Below, one piece after another: positions 19,021 to 26,739 of a stretch of 32,543 bases of DNA; position 1 is the first letter of the stretch; the number at the start of each line of letters is the position of its first letter. Source of the stretch: a virus. Its lineage: Duplodnaviria; Caudoviricetes. The position numbers were made by a program, and so were the translations under genes. The notes under the pieces were generated by a model, which made no database searches, was not told where the DNA came from, and saw only the letters and a list, made by a program, of their open reading frames with translations. Location: positions 1 through 32,543 of IMG/VR virus record IMGVR_UViG_3300033076_000957, one strand, 5' to 3'.

Positions 19021-19027
19021 ATAAATA
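19021..19027 (-). promoter_or_regulatory. Putative late promoter TATTTAT for the HAD gene
   Basis: Coding strand reads TATTTAT-TGTT-ATG. Confidence 0.55.
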
Positions 19028-19030
19028 TTA

Positions 19031-19066
19031 ATTAAAATAAAAAACCCCCACTTTTTATGTGAGGGT
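19031..19066 (-). terminator. Rho-independent terminator after the sheath gene
   Basis: Minus-strand RNA ACCCUCAC-AUAAAAA-GUGGGGGU (one G:U pair) followed by UUUUUAUUUU. Confidence 0.7.
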
Positions 19067-19089
19067 CTTTTAAAGGTTTTATTTTTTTA

Positions 19090-22000
19090 TTAGATGTTCT
19101 CAAACGATGCTCCTGTTGGAGTAATTAAGAACTCAATATCAATGAATTCTAACGCTTTAGTTGGTTTGATATAAATCTTACCTACCAATTGGTTAGCATC
19201 TAAATCTTCAGGTGTGTTAGATACTGTTACACGGAAATCATACAAACCTCTATCTCTACGAATAGCGTCTAAGATAGGATTTACAGAATCCAAGAACTGT
19301 TGTCTAACTAAAGCATCGTTTTGTTCGAACAACAATCTAACTGCAACTGCTGAAATTAACTTACGAGCTTGTAATAACAATCTTCTTACGTTGATTCTAT
19401 CTAATGCAGATTCTCTGATTTGAAGAGTTTTGTTACCCCAAATTACAGTTCCAACATCGTTGAAAGTTGCGATTGGGTTAATTCTTCCTTTGTAAAGGAT
19501 ATCTCTATCTTCCTGAGTTAATCTCTTACGAGCTCTAACCGCATTTACAATACCACGAGTATAACCTGCAGTTGCGAACCAAGGGAATGCAACATTGTCA
19601 GTTAATGCTAAGTTTCTTGTAACTTCAGCCGTTGGTGGGATGTAAAGTTGAGTGTTATTAACAGTGTCACGAGTCAATACCCAAGGATAGTAAGTTGCCG
19701 TGTAGTTAGAGTCGATTGACGAGTCTTCTAAATTAACAACTGCTTCTTCTGGGAAAATTAAATTGTCCGCAATTACTGTTGATGGTTGTAACAAATCAAA
19801 GTCAGGTGTGGTTGTAATATAAATTGAGTCAGCTCTGTTAAACTCTACCATACCAATTGTTGCATTTACCAATTCGTAGTTATTAACATAGTCAATACCT
19901 GGAGTTGTTAATACGTTAATATTAGTTACCTCAGGATTTGCAAATGTTTGGATACCTAACAAGTATGCGTAGTAGTCAGTATTTGCCCAATCGGTTGAGT
20001 TTTGGTCGATAGTGATTCTTCTAAATGAACCCCAACCACTTGCTGTAGTATATGGAGAACAAGGTGCTGAACCTGCTAAGAATCCAGTTCCTCCTAAGAT
20101 GTAATCATCACTATTTGTTCTTGTCTCTCTATAGATATCCCATCCATCAAAACCTCCGTAGAATAACATACTGAACTTACGAGAATACAAGTAGTAGTAT
20201 GTATCAGTCTTTAACAAAGGTTCAGATTGGAATGAACCAGCCCCAACTTCAAATGCAGTGTCACCACTAGATAGGTAATTACTTGCAATTGTTATTACAG
20301 TTGCTCCTGAATCCATGTGGAATCCTTTGGTTAAGTAGTTCCAAGAGTCAAAATCTGCCTCATTTAATGTACAACTATTAAAACCTGTAATTAAGTTTTG
20401 TTTTCCTTTGTATTGTAAGAAGTCACCATCATAACCTAATTTTGTTGAGAATCCTAAGAAAGTTCTTCTAACATTATCACCTGTTGAGTATTCTTTGTTA
20501 TCTACACCAACACTTGTTCCAAATGGAGGATTCCAAATTACTTCTCCAGGATATGCGTAACTTGTTTTATAAATTGGGAATGCTGGATGAACTGAAGTTA
20601 TTGGTCCATAATTTCTTGTAACATAACCATTAAATCCACAAGGTAATGCGTCATATGGAGCTTCATAATTAACCTCTAACATTACATATCTAGAGTTAAT
20701 TGCAAATTCACCATCTGAAGTACCGATTCTTTTAGCGATATAACTATTCAAATCAGGATTCATTGTACAGTTTGTGAATTTTTCCAAAACAACTGGATTC
20801 GCATCCGTATCATTATAATCTCTAACAACAACATCAAAAGTTAAATTGTTGAATGACATATTCTGAATAGAAACTTTGATTTCAGTGTTTGCCGCAGTTC
20901 CATCAGAAATAGAGACAAATCTAAATAAGTCATAAACTTTAGTACCTCTTAATTCAGAAACAACATATGGAGTTGTTGGTGTTTGATATCTCTCTAAATA
21001 ATTACCTAAAGAAGTTGAAGATTGACTTTCAGCAGAATCTAAAGAAGTTAATGTTGTATTTAAACCTCTAATATAACCCTTATTATAACCCCATGTTAAT
21101 AGTGTGTCATAAGATTCCTCAACAAACAATGGGACAACAGCTCTATCTTTCTCAAAGTTATCTTGTCCAAATACTTTATTAATGTAATTAGTGTTAGCGG
21201 TTTCAAAAGAAGTCTCAAAACTAAAAGTAGTTGAGTCGTATTGTGTTCCGCTAATTAAGAAAGTTGAGTATGGGTTTGTTGTTGCCGCACTATACGCCCC
21301 TGTAACTGTCAATGAAACATCGCTCGTCCCTGTAACTTGGTATTTAGGACCGTGTTGTGTTGAGTTATAATTTGTTATACCTCTAGACCTTAAAGTTGCT
21401 AAAACTAAATTATGGTATTCTGTGTAAGTTATACCTGTAAATAATTGATACCCAATAGTTAATCCATTATTACTTGCAGCATCATATCCTGAAAAGGTAC
21501 CAAAAGTTATGTTATTTTGAGTCAATACAAATGAAAAACCTGAATAATTATCAGTTCCTGGAATTGGGTCAAATAATGAATAAAACCATGAATCATTAAG
21601 TCCATCACAATAATTTATTGCAGATGCATTAAATGTATCAATTCCATACACATTTGTCTTACCTGTGTATGCATTATATGTCGTATATTGTGTAGTAGGA
21701 ATTGCCCCAAAATACACAACGTTAGTATTATATAACCCAGTAGGCAATGTTACTGTTGTCATATTTTTATAAAAAGTATTCCACAAGAAATTCTGCATTT
21801 CACTTCTAACTGTTGAAGATGTTCCATCATATTTAACAAATGATACATCTAATTTGGAATTAAACCATGAAGGCATATCAGTGGAGATTTCGTAAAAATC
21901 AATACCTGAAGCTGTTCCTCCATTTGACTGAAAATTAAAACCGACAGCAATACTTGCTGATGTAGTCCAGTTAGAACCACTGTCTATCCCTACCGTTGAG

Positions 22001-22353
22001 CAATCCACGTTAGCAACAGATTTTACAGTCCATGATGGTCCCGCATCGTAACCTGATAGTCCCAATACTCTTGTTACAAATAATTGATTTGATTGTTGTA
22101 AATAAGATTTAGCTATATAAGCTGCCTCATATTTTGGTATTTGGGTGTTAACAAATTTCTCAGGATTTGTTCCACCAAAATAAGAAGTAAACTCATCATA
22201 ACTTGTCACAAATACAGGTTCGAAAGCTGGACCTTTAAGAGTTTCCCCTACAAGACCAAGAGTTGTTACACCTACGCTTTGTGAAACGAATGATAAGTCA
22301 CGCTCGGAAGTATATACTCCCGGAGAGACGAATACTTTGTTTGCACTTGCCAT
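19090..22353 (-). CDS. Contractile tail sheath protein (T4 gp18-like)
   Basis: 1087 aa. VSPGVYTSERDLS, GETLKGPAFEP, FVTRVL, YYPWV, PWFATAGYTRG, LYKGRINPI, WGNKTL, RINVRRLL, LFEQND, IKPTKALEFI motifs. Confidence 0.95.
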   Translation of the reverse strand: MASANKVFVSPGVYTSERDLSFVSQSVGVTTLGLVGETLKGPAFEPVFVTSYDEFTSYFGGTNPEKFVNTQIPKYEAAYIAKSYLQQSNQLFVTRVLGLSGYDAGPSWTVKSVANVDCSTVGIDSGSNWTTSASIAVGFNFQSNGGTASGIDFYEISTDMPSWFNSKLDVSFVKYDGTSSTVRSEMQNFLWNTFYKNMTTVTLPTGLYNTNVVYFGAIPTTQYTTYNAYTGKTNVYGIDTFNASAINYCDGLNDSWFYSLFDPIPGTDNYSGFSFVLTQNNITFGTFSGYDAASNNGLTIGYQLFTGITYTEYHNLVLATLRSRGITNYNSTQHGPKYQVTGTSDVSLTVTGAYSAATTNPYSTFLISGTQYDSTTFSFETSFETANTNYINKVFGQDNFEKDRAVVPLFVEESYDTLLTWGYNKGYIRGLNTTLTSLDSAESQSSTSLGNYLERYQTPTTPYVVSELRGTKVYDLFRFVSISDGTAANTEIKVSIQNMSFNNLTFDVVVRDYNDTDANPVVLEKFTNCTMNPDLNSYIAKRIGTSDGEFAINSRYVMLEVNYEAPYDALPCGFNGYVTRNYGPITSVHPAFPIYKTSYAYPGEVIWNPPFGTSVGVDNKEYSTGDNVRRTFLGFSTKLGYDGDFLQYKGKQNLITGFNSCTLNEADFDSWNYLTKGFHMDSGATVITIASNYLSSGDTAFEVGAGSFQSEPLLKTDTYYYLYSRKFSMLFYGGFDGWDIYRETRTNSDDYILGGTGFLAGSAPCSPYTTASGWGSFRRITIDQNSTDWANTDYYAYLLGIQTFANPEVTNINVLTTPGIDYVNNYELVNATIGMVEFNRADSIYITTTPDFDLLQPSTVIADNLIFPEEAVVNLEDSSIDSNYTATYYPWVLTRDTVNNTQLYIPPTAEVTRNLALTDNVAFPWFATAGYTRGIVNAVRARKRLTQEDRDILYKGRINPIATFNDVGTVIWGNKTLQIRESALDRINVRRLLLQARKLISAVAVRLLFEQNDALVRQQFLDSVNPILDAIRRDRGLYDFRVTVSNTPEDLDANQLVGKIYIKPTKALEFIDIEFLITPTGASFENI

Positions 22354-22390
22354 TTTTTTCTAATTTTTTTTAAATAGTTTTATTTTATTC

Positions 22391-22397
22391 ATAAATA
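22391..22397 (-). promoter_or_regulatory. Putative late promoter TATTTAT for the sheath gene
   Basis: AATATTTATG on the coding strand, 37 nt upstream of ATG 22353. Confidence 0.5.
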
Positions 22398-22446
22398 TTG
22401 TAAAAACCATCAAAAACTTTACTTTACAAAAACTATTTATAAGTTG

Positions 22447-22464
22447 GTATGATAATTTTCATAC
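22447..22464. promoter_or_regulatory. Near-perfect 18-bp palindrome GTATGATAATTTTCATAC, candidate operator
   Basis: Arms GTATGA / TCATAC around a central AATT; 12 nt upstream of the small RHH-like ORF. Confidence 0.45.
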
Positions 22465-22476
22465 TTTTTTCTACCT

Positions 22477-22626
22477 ATGAAAATTAAGAATTTAAAGATA
22501 TCAATAGAATCTCACCTCTTACTTAAAAAGTATTGTGACCAAAAAGGGTTAAAACTTAATAAGTTTGTTGAGAGGTTAATTGAGGAAAATTGTATTGTAA
22601 AAAAAGATATCTATGGTGAGAATTAA
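22477..22626 (+). CDS. Unannotated 49-aa ribbon-helix-helix (CopG/Arc-like) DNA-binding protein
   Basis: Read by hand: MKIKNLKISIESHLLLKKYCDQKGLKLNKFVERLIEENCIVKKDIYGEN*. Pattern is strand (KNLKI), helix, G turn, helix. Divergent from the sheath gene; its stop shares TTAA with the convergent gp15-like stop. Confidence 0.72.
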   Translation: MKIKNLKISIESHLLLKKYCDQKGLKLNKFVERLIEENCIVKKDIYGEN

Positions 22627-23681
22627 ACAAGTACTGTTTTCAATTTAATTTCCGAAGTATTATCTCCATTTGTTTTTGTAATCACAAAACGAACAACATC
22701 ATTAGTATTGATTTGTAATACCGAACTTACTGATGAAAATATGTCCTGACCAAAAAATAGGTTATTAACATAAATTTCATAGGTATCCACGTTTGTTAAT
22801 CCTTCCAAAAATAAATTACAAGTAAATTCAAAAGTCTTAGTAATGTCTGTGTCATTTACACCAAATGATATATCTGTGTAAATCAAATCAGTATTTGTTA
22901 CTTCATTTTTTCTTTTTGGTCTTTTGAATTTTTGAGTTTCCGTTGACATGAATGTTATTGCTCGACTAATCGCGGGTTTCACTTCAAACTCATTCTCATC
23001 CATTAAAAATCCTTGTAATGTGAAATTATATGTTTGGATATAATACTTTCTTTTTTCCATTTCCATTACAGACTCATCTGCAATATCATCTAAAGTTATT
23101 GGGATATAGTGACCTTTAATTTGAGTGTATGCCTGACGAGATGCAAAAGTTTCGATGACATTTTTATTAAAAACATTAAGTTCTCTCATTCGATTACAAA
23201 TGATTTTAACACTATATTTGATATCAACAGGTACAGGTTGCGGTATGGTATAAATGTCATACCCTTTTCTTCCATCATTAAATGTGGGGACCGCAGCATA
23301 AAAAAATTGTTTCCTGTTTGGTATGTTGTATCTTAAAGAAGGTAATGAACCATACTTAACCTCAGGATTTCTAACGGTTGTGATTACGGGTGGCTCAACA
23401 TTCTTGTCTAAGTTTGAAAAATTCCAAGTTTGTGTAAATTGAGCCCAATTTTGAGTTGTTAATATTATATCAACAATAGGAATTGTTTTACCATCGGTTA
23501 CAGTTTTTAAATTATTTTTAACAAAATCCAAAAACCCTCTGTCCAAATCTTCATGTAATAATGATTTGGGTAAAAAAGTTCCGTCCTTGTTAATTTTGTC
23601 TAACAATTCAACTCGTCTATCGTAACCAGTTTTAACAGGTTCTAAATCTAAAGTCTTTTTTATTTTTTTTGGTAGTGCCAT
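22623..23681 (-). CDS. Tail terminator / sheath stabilizer (T4 gp15-like)
   Basis: 352 aa. PQPVPVDIKYSVKII and YNFTLQGFL motifs; lies between head-closure and sheath genes. Confidence 0.65.
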   Translation of the reverse strand: MALPKKIKKTLDLEPVKTGYDRRVELLDKINKDGTFLPKSLLHEDLDRGFLDFVKNNLKTVTDGKTIPIVDIILTTQNWAQFTQTWNFSNLDKNVEPPVITTVRNPEVKYGSLPSLRYNIPNRKQFFYAAVPTFNDGRKGYDIYTIPQPVPVDIKYSVKIICNRMRELNVFNKNVIETFASRQAYTQIKGHYIPITLDDIADESVMEMEKRKYYIQTYNFTLQGFLMDENEFEVKPAISRAITFMSTETQKFKRPKRKNEVTNTDLIYTDISFGVNDTDITKTFEFTCNLFLEGLTNVDTYEIYVNNLFFGQDIFSSVSSVLQINTNDVVRFVITKTNGDNTSEIKLKTVLV

Positions 23682-24196
23682 TATAACCCCCTAAATTCAT
23701 TTTCAGTAACAATCGACGCGATAATAGTACGGTAAAAAGGTTTATATCCTCCATAAGTGTGTTTGTTATCACTAACGACACGACCATCATTATTAACAGT
23801 ATAATATCTAACTCTTGTTTCTGTCTCGTAATATGCTATGTAGTCACCAAACTCAATATCGGTCCCAAGTTCATCTAAATGAGATTGATAAACCGATACT
23901 TGTAAATTACCTGGCTCCATTTGGTCCAATTTTGAAGTTCCCAAACTTTTATTTTCAGGTGCCATTATTTTTACCAAACCTTTAAATTCTACAGGAGGAT
24001 TAAACTTTATACCGTCTTTAACCGCTTCTCCATAGACATCATCAGTATTTGTTTTAGTTCTATCAACTTTATATAAAACTAAAGTAAAATTCATATCTCC
24101 TTCTAACCACTCCCTACCAATTGATACATCGAGTGAAAAATCCTCACCTCCAAAAAATTTACCTAATCTTGTTATTGGAACATTTCTTTGTGACAT
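23681..24196 (-). CDS. Neck / head-closure protein (T4 gp14-like)
   Basis: 171 aa. LYKVD...DDVYGE...F.PPVE and IEFGDYI; TAATG overlap with the gp15-like gene. Confidence 0.65.
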   Translation of the reverse strand: MSQRNVPITRLGKFFGGEDFSLDVSIGREWLEGDMNFTLVLYKVDRTKTNTDDVYGEAVKDGIKFNPPVEFKGLVKIMAPENKSLGTSKLDQMEPGNLQVSVYQSHLDELGTDIEFGDYIAYYETETRVRYYTVNNDGRVVSDNKHTYGGYKPFYRTIIASIVTENEFRGL

Positions 24197-24197
24197 A

Positions 24198-24226
24198 TTG
24201 ATAAATATCTAATTTTAGTTTATTAT
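24198..24226 (+). promoter_or_regulatory. Putative sigma70-type promoter for the SNF2 gene
   Basis: TTGATA-N17-TATTAT, 23 nt before ATG 24250. Very AT-rich context, so weak evidence. Confidence 0.4.
24201..24207 (-). promoter_or_regulatory. Putative late promoter TATTTAT for the gp14-like gene
   Basis: Coding strand reads TATTTAT-CAAT-ATG. Confidence 0.55.
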
Positions 24227-24249
24227 TATTTGTTACTGTAATTATATCA

Positions 24250-25992
24250 ATGTTAAGTATCGAACAACAAGCTATACAGATATTGGAAGAATATAATGGT
24301 TCAAATAATTATATTCTGAAAATTCAAAAACAGTGTGAGACAAATAAAAAATATGTCCCCACAAGAGCTCAGTGCGAGTATGTTATTAATTATAGTAACA
24401 CTTCCCCTAAAGTTGCCAAAAAATGGGTCGATATTGACTCTTATTTTTCACAAAAATTAGTTGAGGACAATCCTTTCATTAAAGAACCTGATAAAATCTA
24501 TGTTGAAAAACTGTTAGTTGAGAAGGATAAATCATATCATATTTGGGGTAAAGTTTTTAGTGGGGACACATTACATGATTTTTGGGTTCCTAAGGCCGCG
24601 ATTATTAAAGAATATAGAGAAAATGCGGTAAATGTTGATTATTCAAAATACGACCACAGACCACCGTTAGGTCACCAAAAAGAGGCTATCGAAAAGTTGT
24701 TAAAAAATGACAAATTCATTTTAGCCGATGATATGGGTCTTGGTAAAACAACCTCAACAATTATCGCAGCTTTAGAGAGTGGTGCCAAAAGAGTTTTGAT
24801 TATTTGTCCCGCATCACTGAAGTTAAATTGGGAGAGAGAGATTCGTAACTACACCGAAAAAAGTGTTTATATCTGTGAAGGTAAAAAATATGAATACGCC
24901 GATTTTATTATTACAAACTACGACATTTTAAAAAACTTTCACGATACTAAAGACAAAGAAAATTCTCTAATACTAAAATCAAATTTTGATTTAATTATTA
25001 TTGACGAAGCTCATTATGTCTCAAATGCACAGGCACAAAGAACAAAGTTAATTATGGATTTAACAAAAGACATAAAGAAACTTTGGTTGCTTACAGGGAC
25101 CCCAATGACATCTCGTCCAATGAATTATTACAATATTTTAAAATTAATTGATAGTCCTGTTAGTCAGAATTGGATGGCTTACGCTATCCGTTATTGTGGC
25201 GGGTATCAATTTAGAGTTGGGAATAAAAAGGTTTGGAATGTTACAGGGGCGTCGAATTTAGAAGAACTTAGAGAAAGAACATCTCGTCAAATTCTTAGAA
25301 GATTAAAAACTGATGTTTTAGATTTACCTGATAAAATTATAACCCCTGTTTATTTAAGACTCAAATCAAAATTTTATGAGGAATTAATGGGGGAATATTT
25401 TGATTGGTATAATAATAGAACCGAAGAATCAAAACCATTGTCCATTCAATTTACAAAACTGACAAAAGTTAGACAGGTCATTGCTGAGGAAAAAATTAAA
25501 ACCACAATCGAACTTGCTGAAAACATTATTGAACAAGGTAAAAAAGTTATCATTTTTAGTAATTTTACAGACCCATTAAAAAAGATTTATGAACATTTCG
25601 GTAAATCTGCGGTTTATTTAGACGGCTCAACATCAAAACCTTCAAGACAAGACGCTGTGGATAAATTTCAGGAAAACGATAAAATTAAAGTATTTTGTGG
25701 TAATTTAAAAGCTGCGGGTGTTGGTCTCACTTTAACACAAGGTGAAGCAGTAATTATGAATGATTTATCTTTTGTCCCCGCAGAACATGCCCAAGCCGAA
25801 GATAGAGCCTACCGTTATGGTCAAAAAAACAATGTTTCCATATTTTACCCATTATTTGAAAACACTATCGAGGGAGTTATTTATGATATTTTAAATAAAA
25901 AGAAACAAATCATTGGGACAGTTATGGGTGATATGGATGACGACCCGTCAGATATTGTTGAACAAATACTAAACGAAATCAATAAGAGTTGA
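24250..25992 (+). CDS. SNF2-family SF2 helicase/translocase (SMARCAL1/HARP-like)
   Basis: 580 aa. LADDMGLGKT, IICPASL, IIDEAH, LTGTP, LRRLK, VIIFS, AAGVGLTL, QAEDRAYRYGQ motifs. Confidence 0.92.
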   Translation: MLSIEQQAIQILEEYNGSNNYILKIQKQCETNKKYVPTRAQCEYVINYSNTSPKVAKKWVDIDSYFSQKLVEDNPFIKEPDKIYVEKLLVEKDKSYHIWGKVFSGDTLHDFWVPKAAIIKEYRENAVNVDYSKYDHRPPLGHQKEAIEKLLKNDKFILADDMGLGKTTSTIIAALESGAKRVLIICPASLKLNWEREIRNYTEKSVYICEGKKYEYADFIITNYDILKNFHDTKDKENSLILKSNFDLIIIDEAHYVSNAQAQRTKLIMDLTKDIKKLWLLTGTPMTSRPMNYYNILKLIDSPVSQNWMAYAIRYCGGYQFRVGNKKVWNVTGASNLEELRERTSRQILRRLKTDVLDLPDKIITPVYLRLKSKFYEELMGEYFDWYNNRTEESKPLSIQFTKLTKVRQVIAEEKIKTTIELAENIIEQGKKVIIFSNFTDPLKKIYEHFGKSAVYLDGSTSKPSRQDAVDKFQENDKIKVFCGNLKAAGVGLTLTQGEAVIMNDLSFVPAEHAQAEDRAYRYGQKNNVSIFYPLFENTIEGVIYDILNKKKQIIGTVMGDMDDDPSDIVEQILNEINKS

Positions 25993-25993
25993 G

Positions 25994-26000
25994 TATTTAT
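25994..26000 (+). promoter_or_regulatory. Putative late promoter TATTTAT for the SOD gene
   Basis: TATTTAT-AAGTG-ATG in a gap of about 10-13 nt between genes. Confidence 0.55.
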
Positions 26001-26005
26001 AAGTG

Positions 26006-26713
26006 ATGAGGTCACTATCTTTATTAACAGAAGAATTAATTAAAAAATTACACCAAAAAGAAACTGAGGAAGTTTCAAAATATTTCATTACCGAAATGAA
26101 AACTATCGGTATTGAAAAATTACCGTATTCTTATGCGGCAATCAGAAGGTTTATTGACCCTGAAACAATGAAATTTCATTATCAGAAACATTATAAAGGG
26201 TATGTTAAAAAACTCAATTCTGCACTTAGAAAAAAAGATTATGGTGATGTTGAGTTAGAAAATATTGTAAAACAAATTTCTAAGTATAACACAACAATAA
26301 GAAACAATGCGGGAGGAGCATTTAATCACGCTCTGTTTTGGAAAATGTTGTCCCCAACACCACAAAAACCAACAGGTGAAATATTAGTGAAAATTCTAAA
26401 AGAATTTGGGGGGTATAAAAAATTTAGAATGAAATTTGAATCTGAAGCCAAAAAAAGATTTGGTTCAGGTTGGATTTGGTTAGTTTTAACTGATAAAGGT
26501 AATTTAAAAATTATGTCGACCCCAAATCAGGACAACCCACTAATGAATATTTTTGAATATGGAGGGTTTCCTTTATTGGGTTTAGACTTATGGGAACATG
26601 CTTACTACCTAAAATATCAAAACAAAAGAGACGAGTATATTCAAAACTTTTGGGATGCGGTTAATTGGAAATTCGTAAATGACCTATACAAATCCAAAAC
26701 TGAAAAGAAGTAA
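26006..26713 (+). CDS. sodA: Fe/Mn superoxide dismutase, Mn-type signature, with an N-terminal extension
   Basis: LPY, HYQKHYKGY, NNAGGAFNHALFW, FGSGWIWL, NQDNP and DLWEHAYY; all four metal ligands present. GG plus NQD indicate Mn or cambialistic type. Start is ATG 26006 or GTG 26003. Confidence 0.93.
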   Translation: MRSLSLLTEELIKKLHQKETEEVSKYFITEMKTIGIEKLPYSYAAIRRFIDPETMKFHYQKHYKGYVKKLNSALRKKDYGDVELENIVKQISKYNTTIRNNAGGAFNHALFWKMLSPTPQKPTGEILVKILKEFGGYKKFRMKFESEAKKRFGSGWIWLVLTDKGNLKIMSTPNQDNPLMNIFEYGGFPLLGLDLWEHAYYLKYQNKRDEYIQNFWDAVNWKFVNDLYKSKTEKK

Positions 26714-26717
26714 TCGA

Positions 26718-26724
26718 TATTTAT
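26718..26724 (+). promoter_or_regulatory. Putative late promoter TATTTAT for the neck gene
   Basis: GATATTTATT, 15 nt upstream of ATG 26740. Confidence 0.55.
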
Positions 26725-26739
26725 TGCTAAATAACTACT

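Noticed and set aside
2977-22353. Recurrent [ST]-G-x-[TS] motifs in virion proteins as possible modification sites
   Set aside because: Also present in the helicase and polymerase (FSGDT, VTGAS, LTGNS); enrichment cannot be shown by eye.
9206-23681. Bacterial tailocin or extracellular contractile injection system
   Set aside because: Neck genes, polB, gp32-like SSB and recombinase with no host housekeeping genes indicate a true phage.
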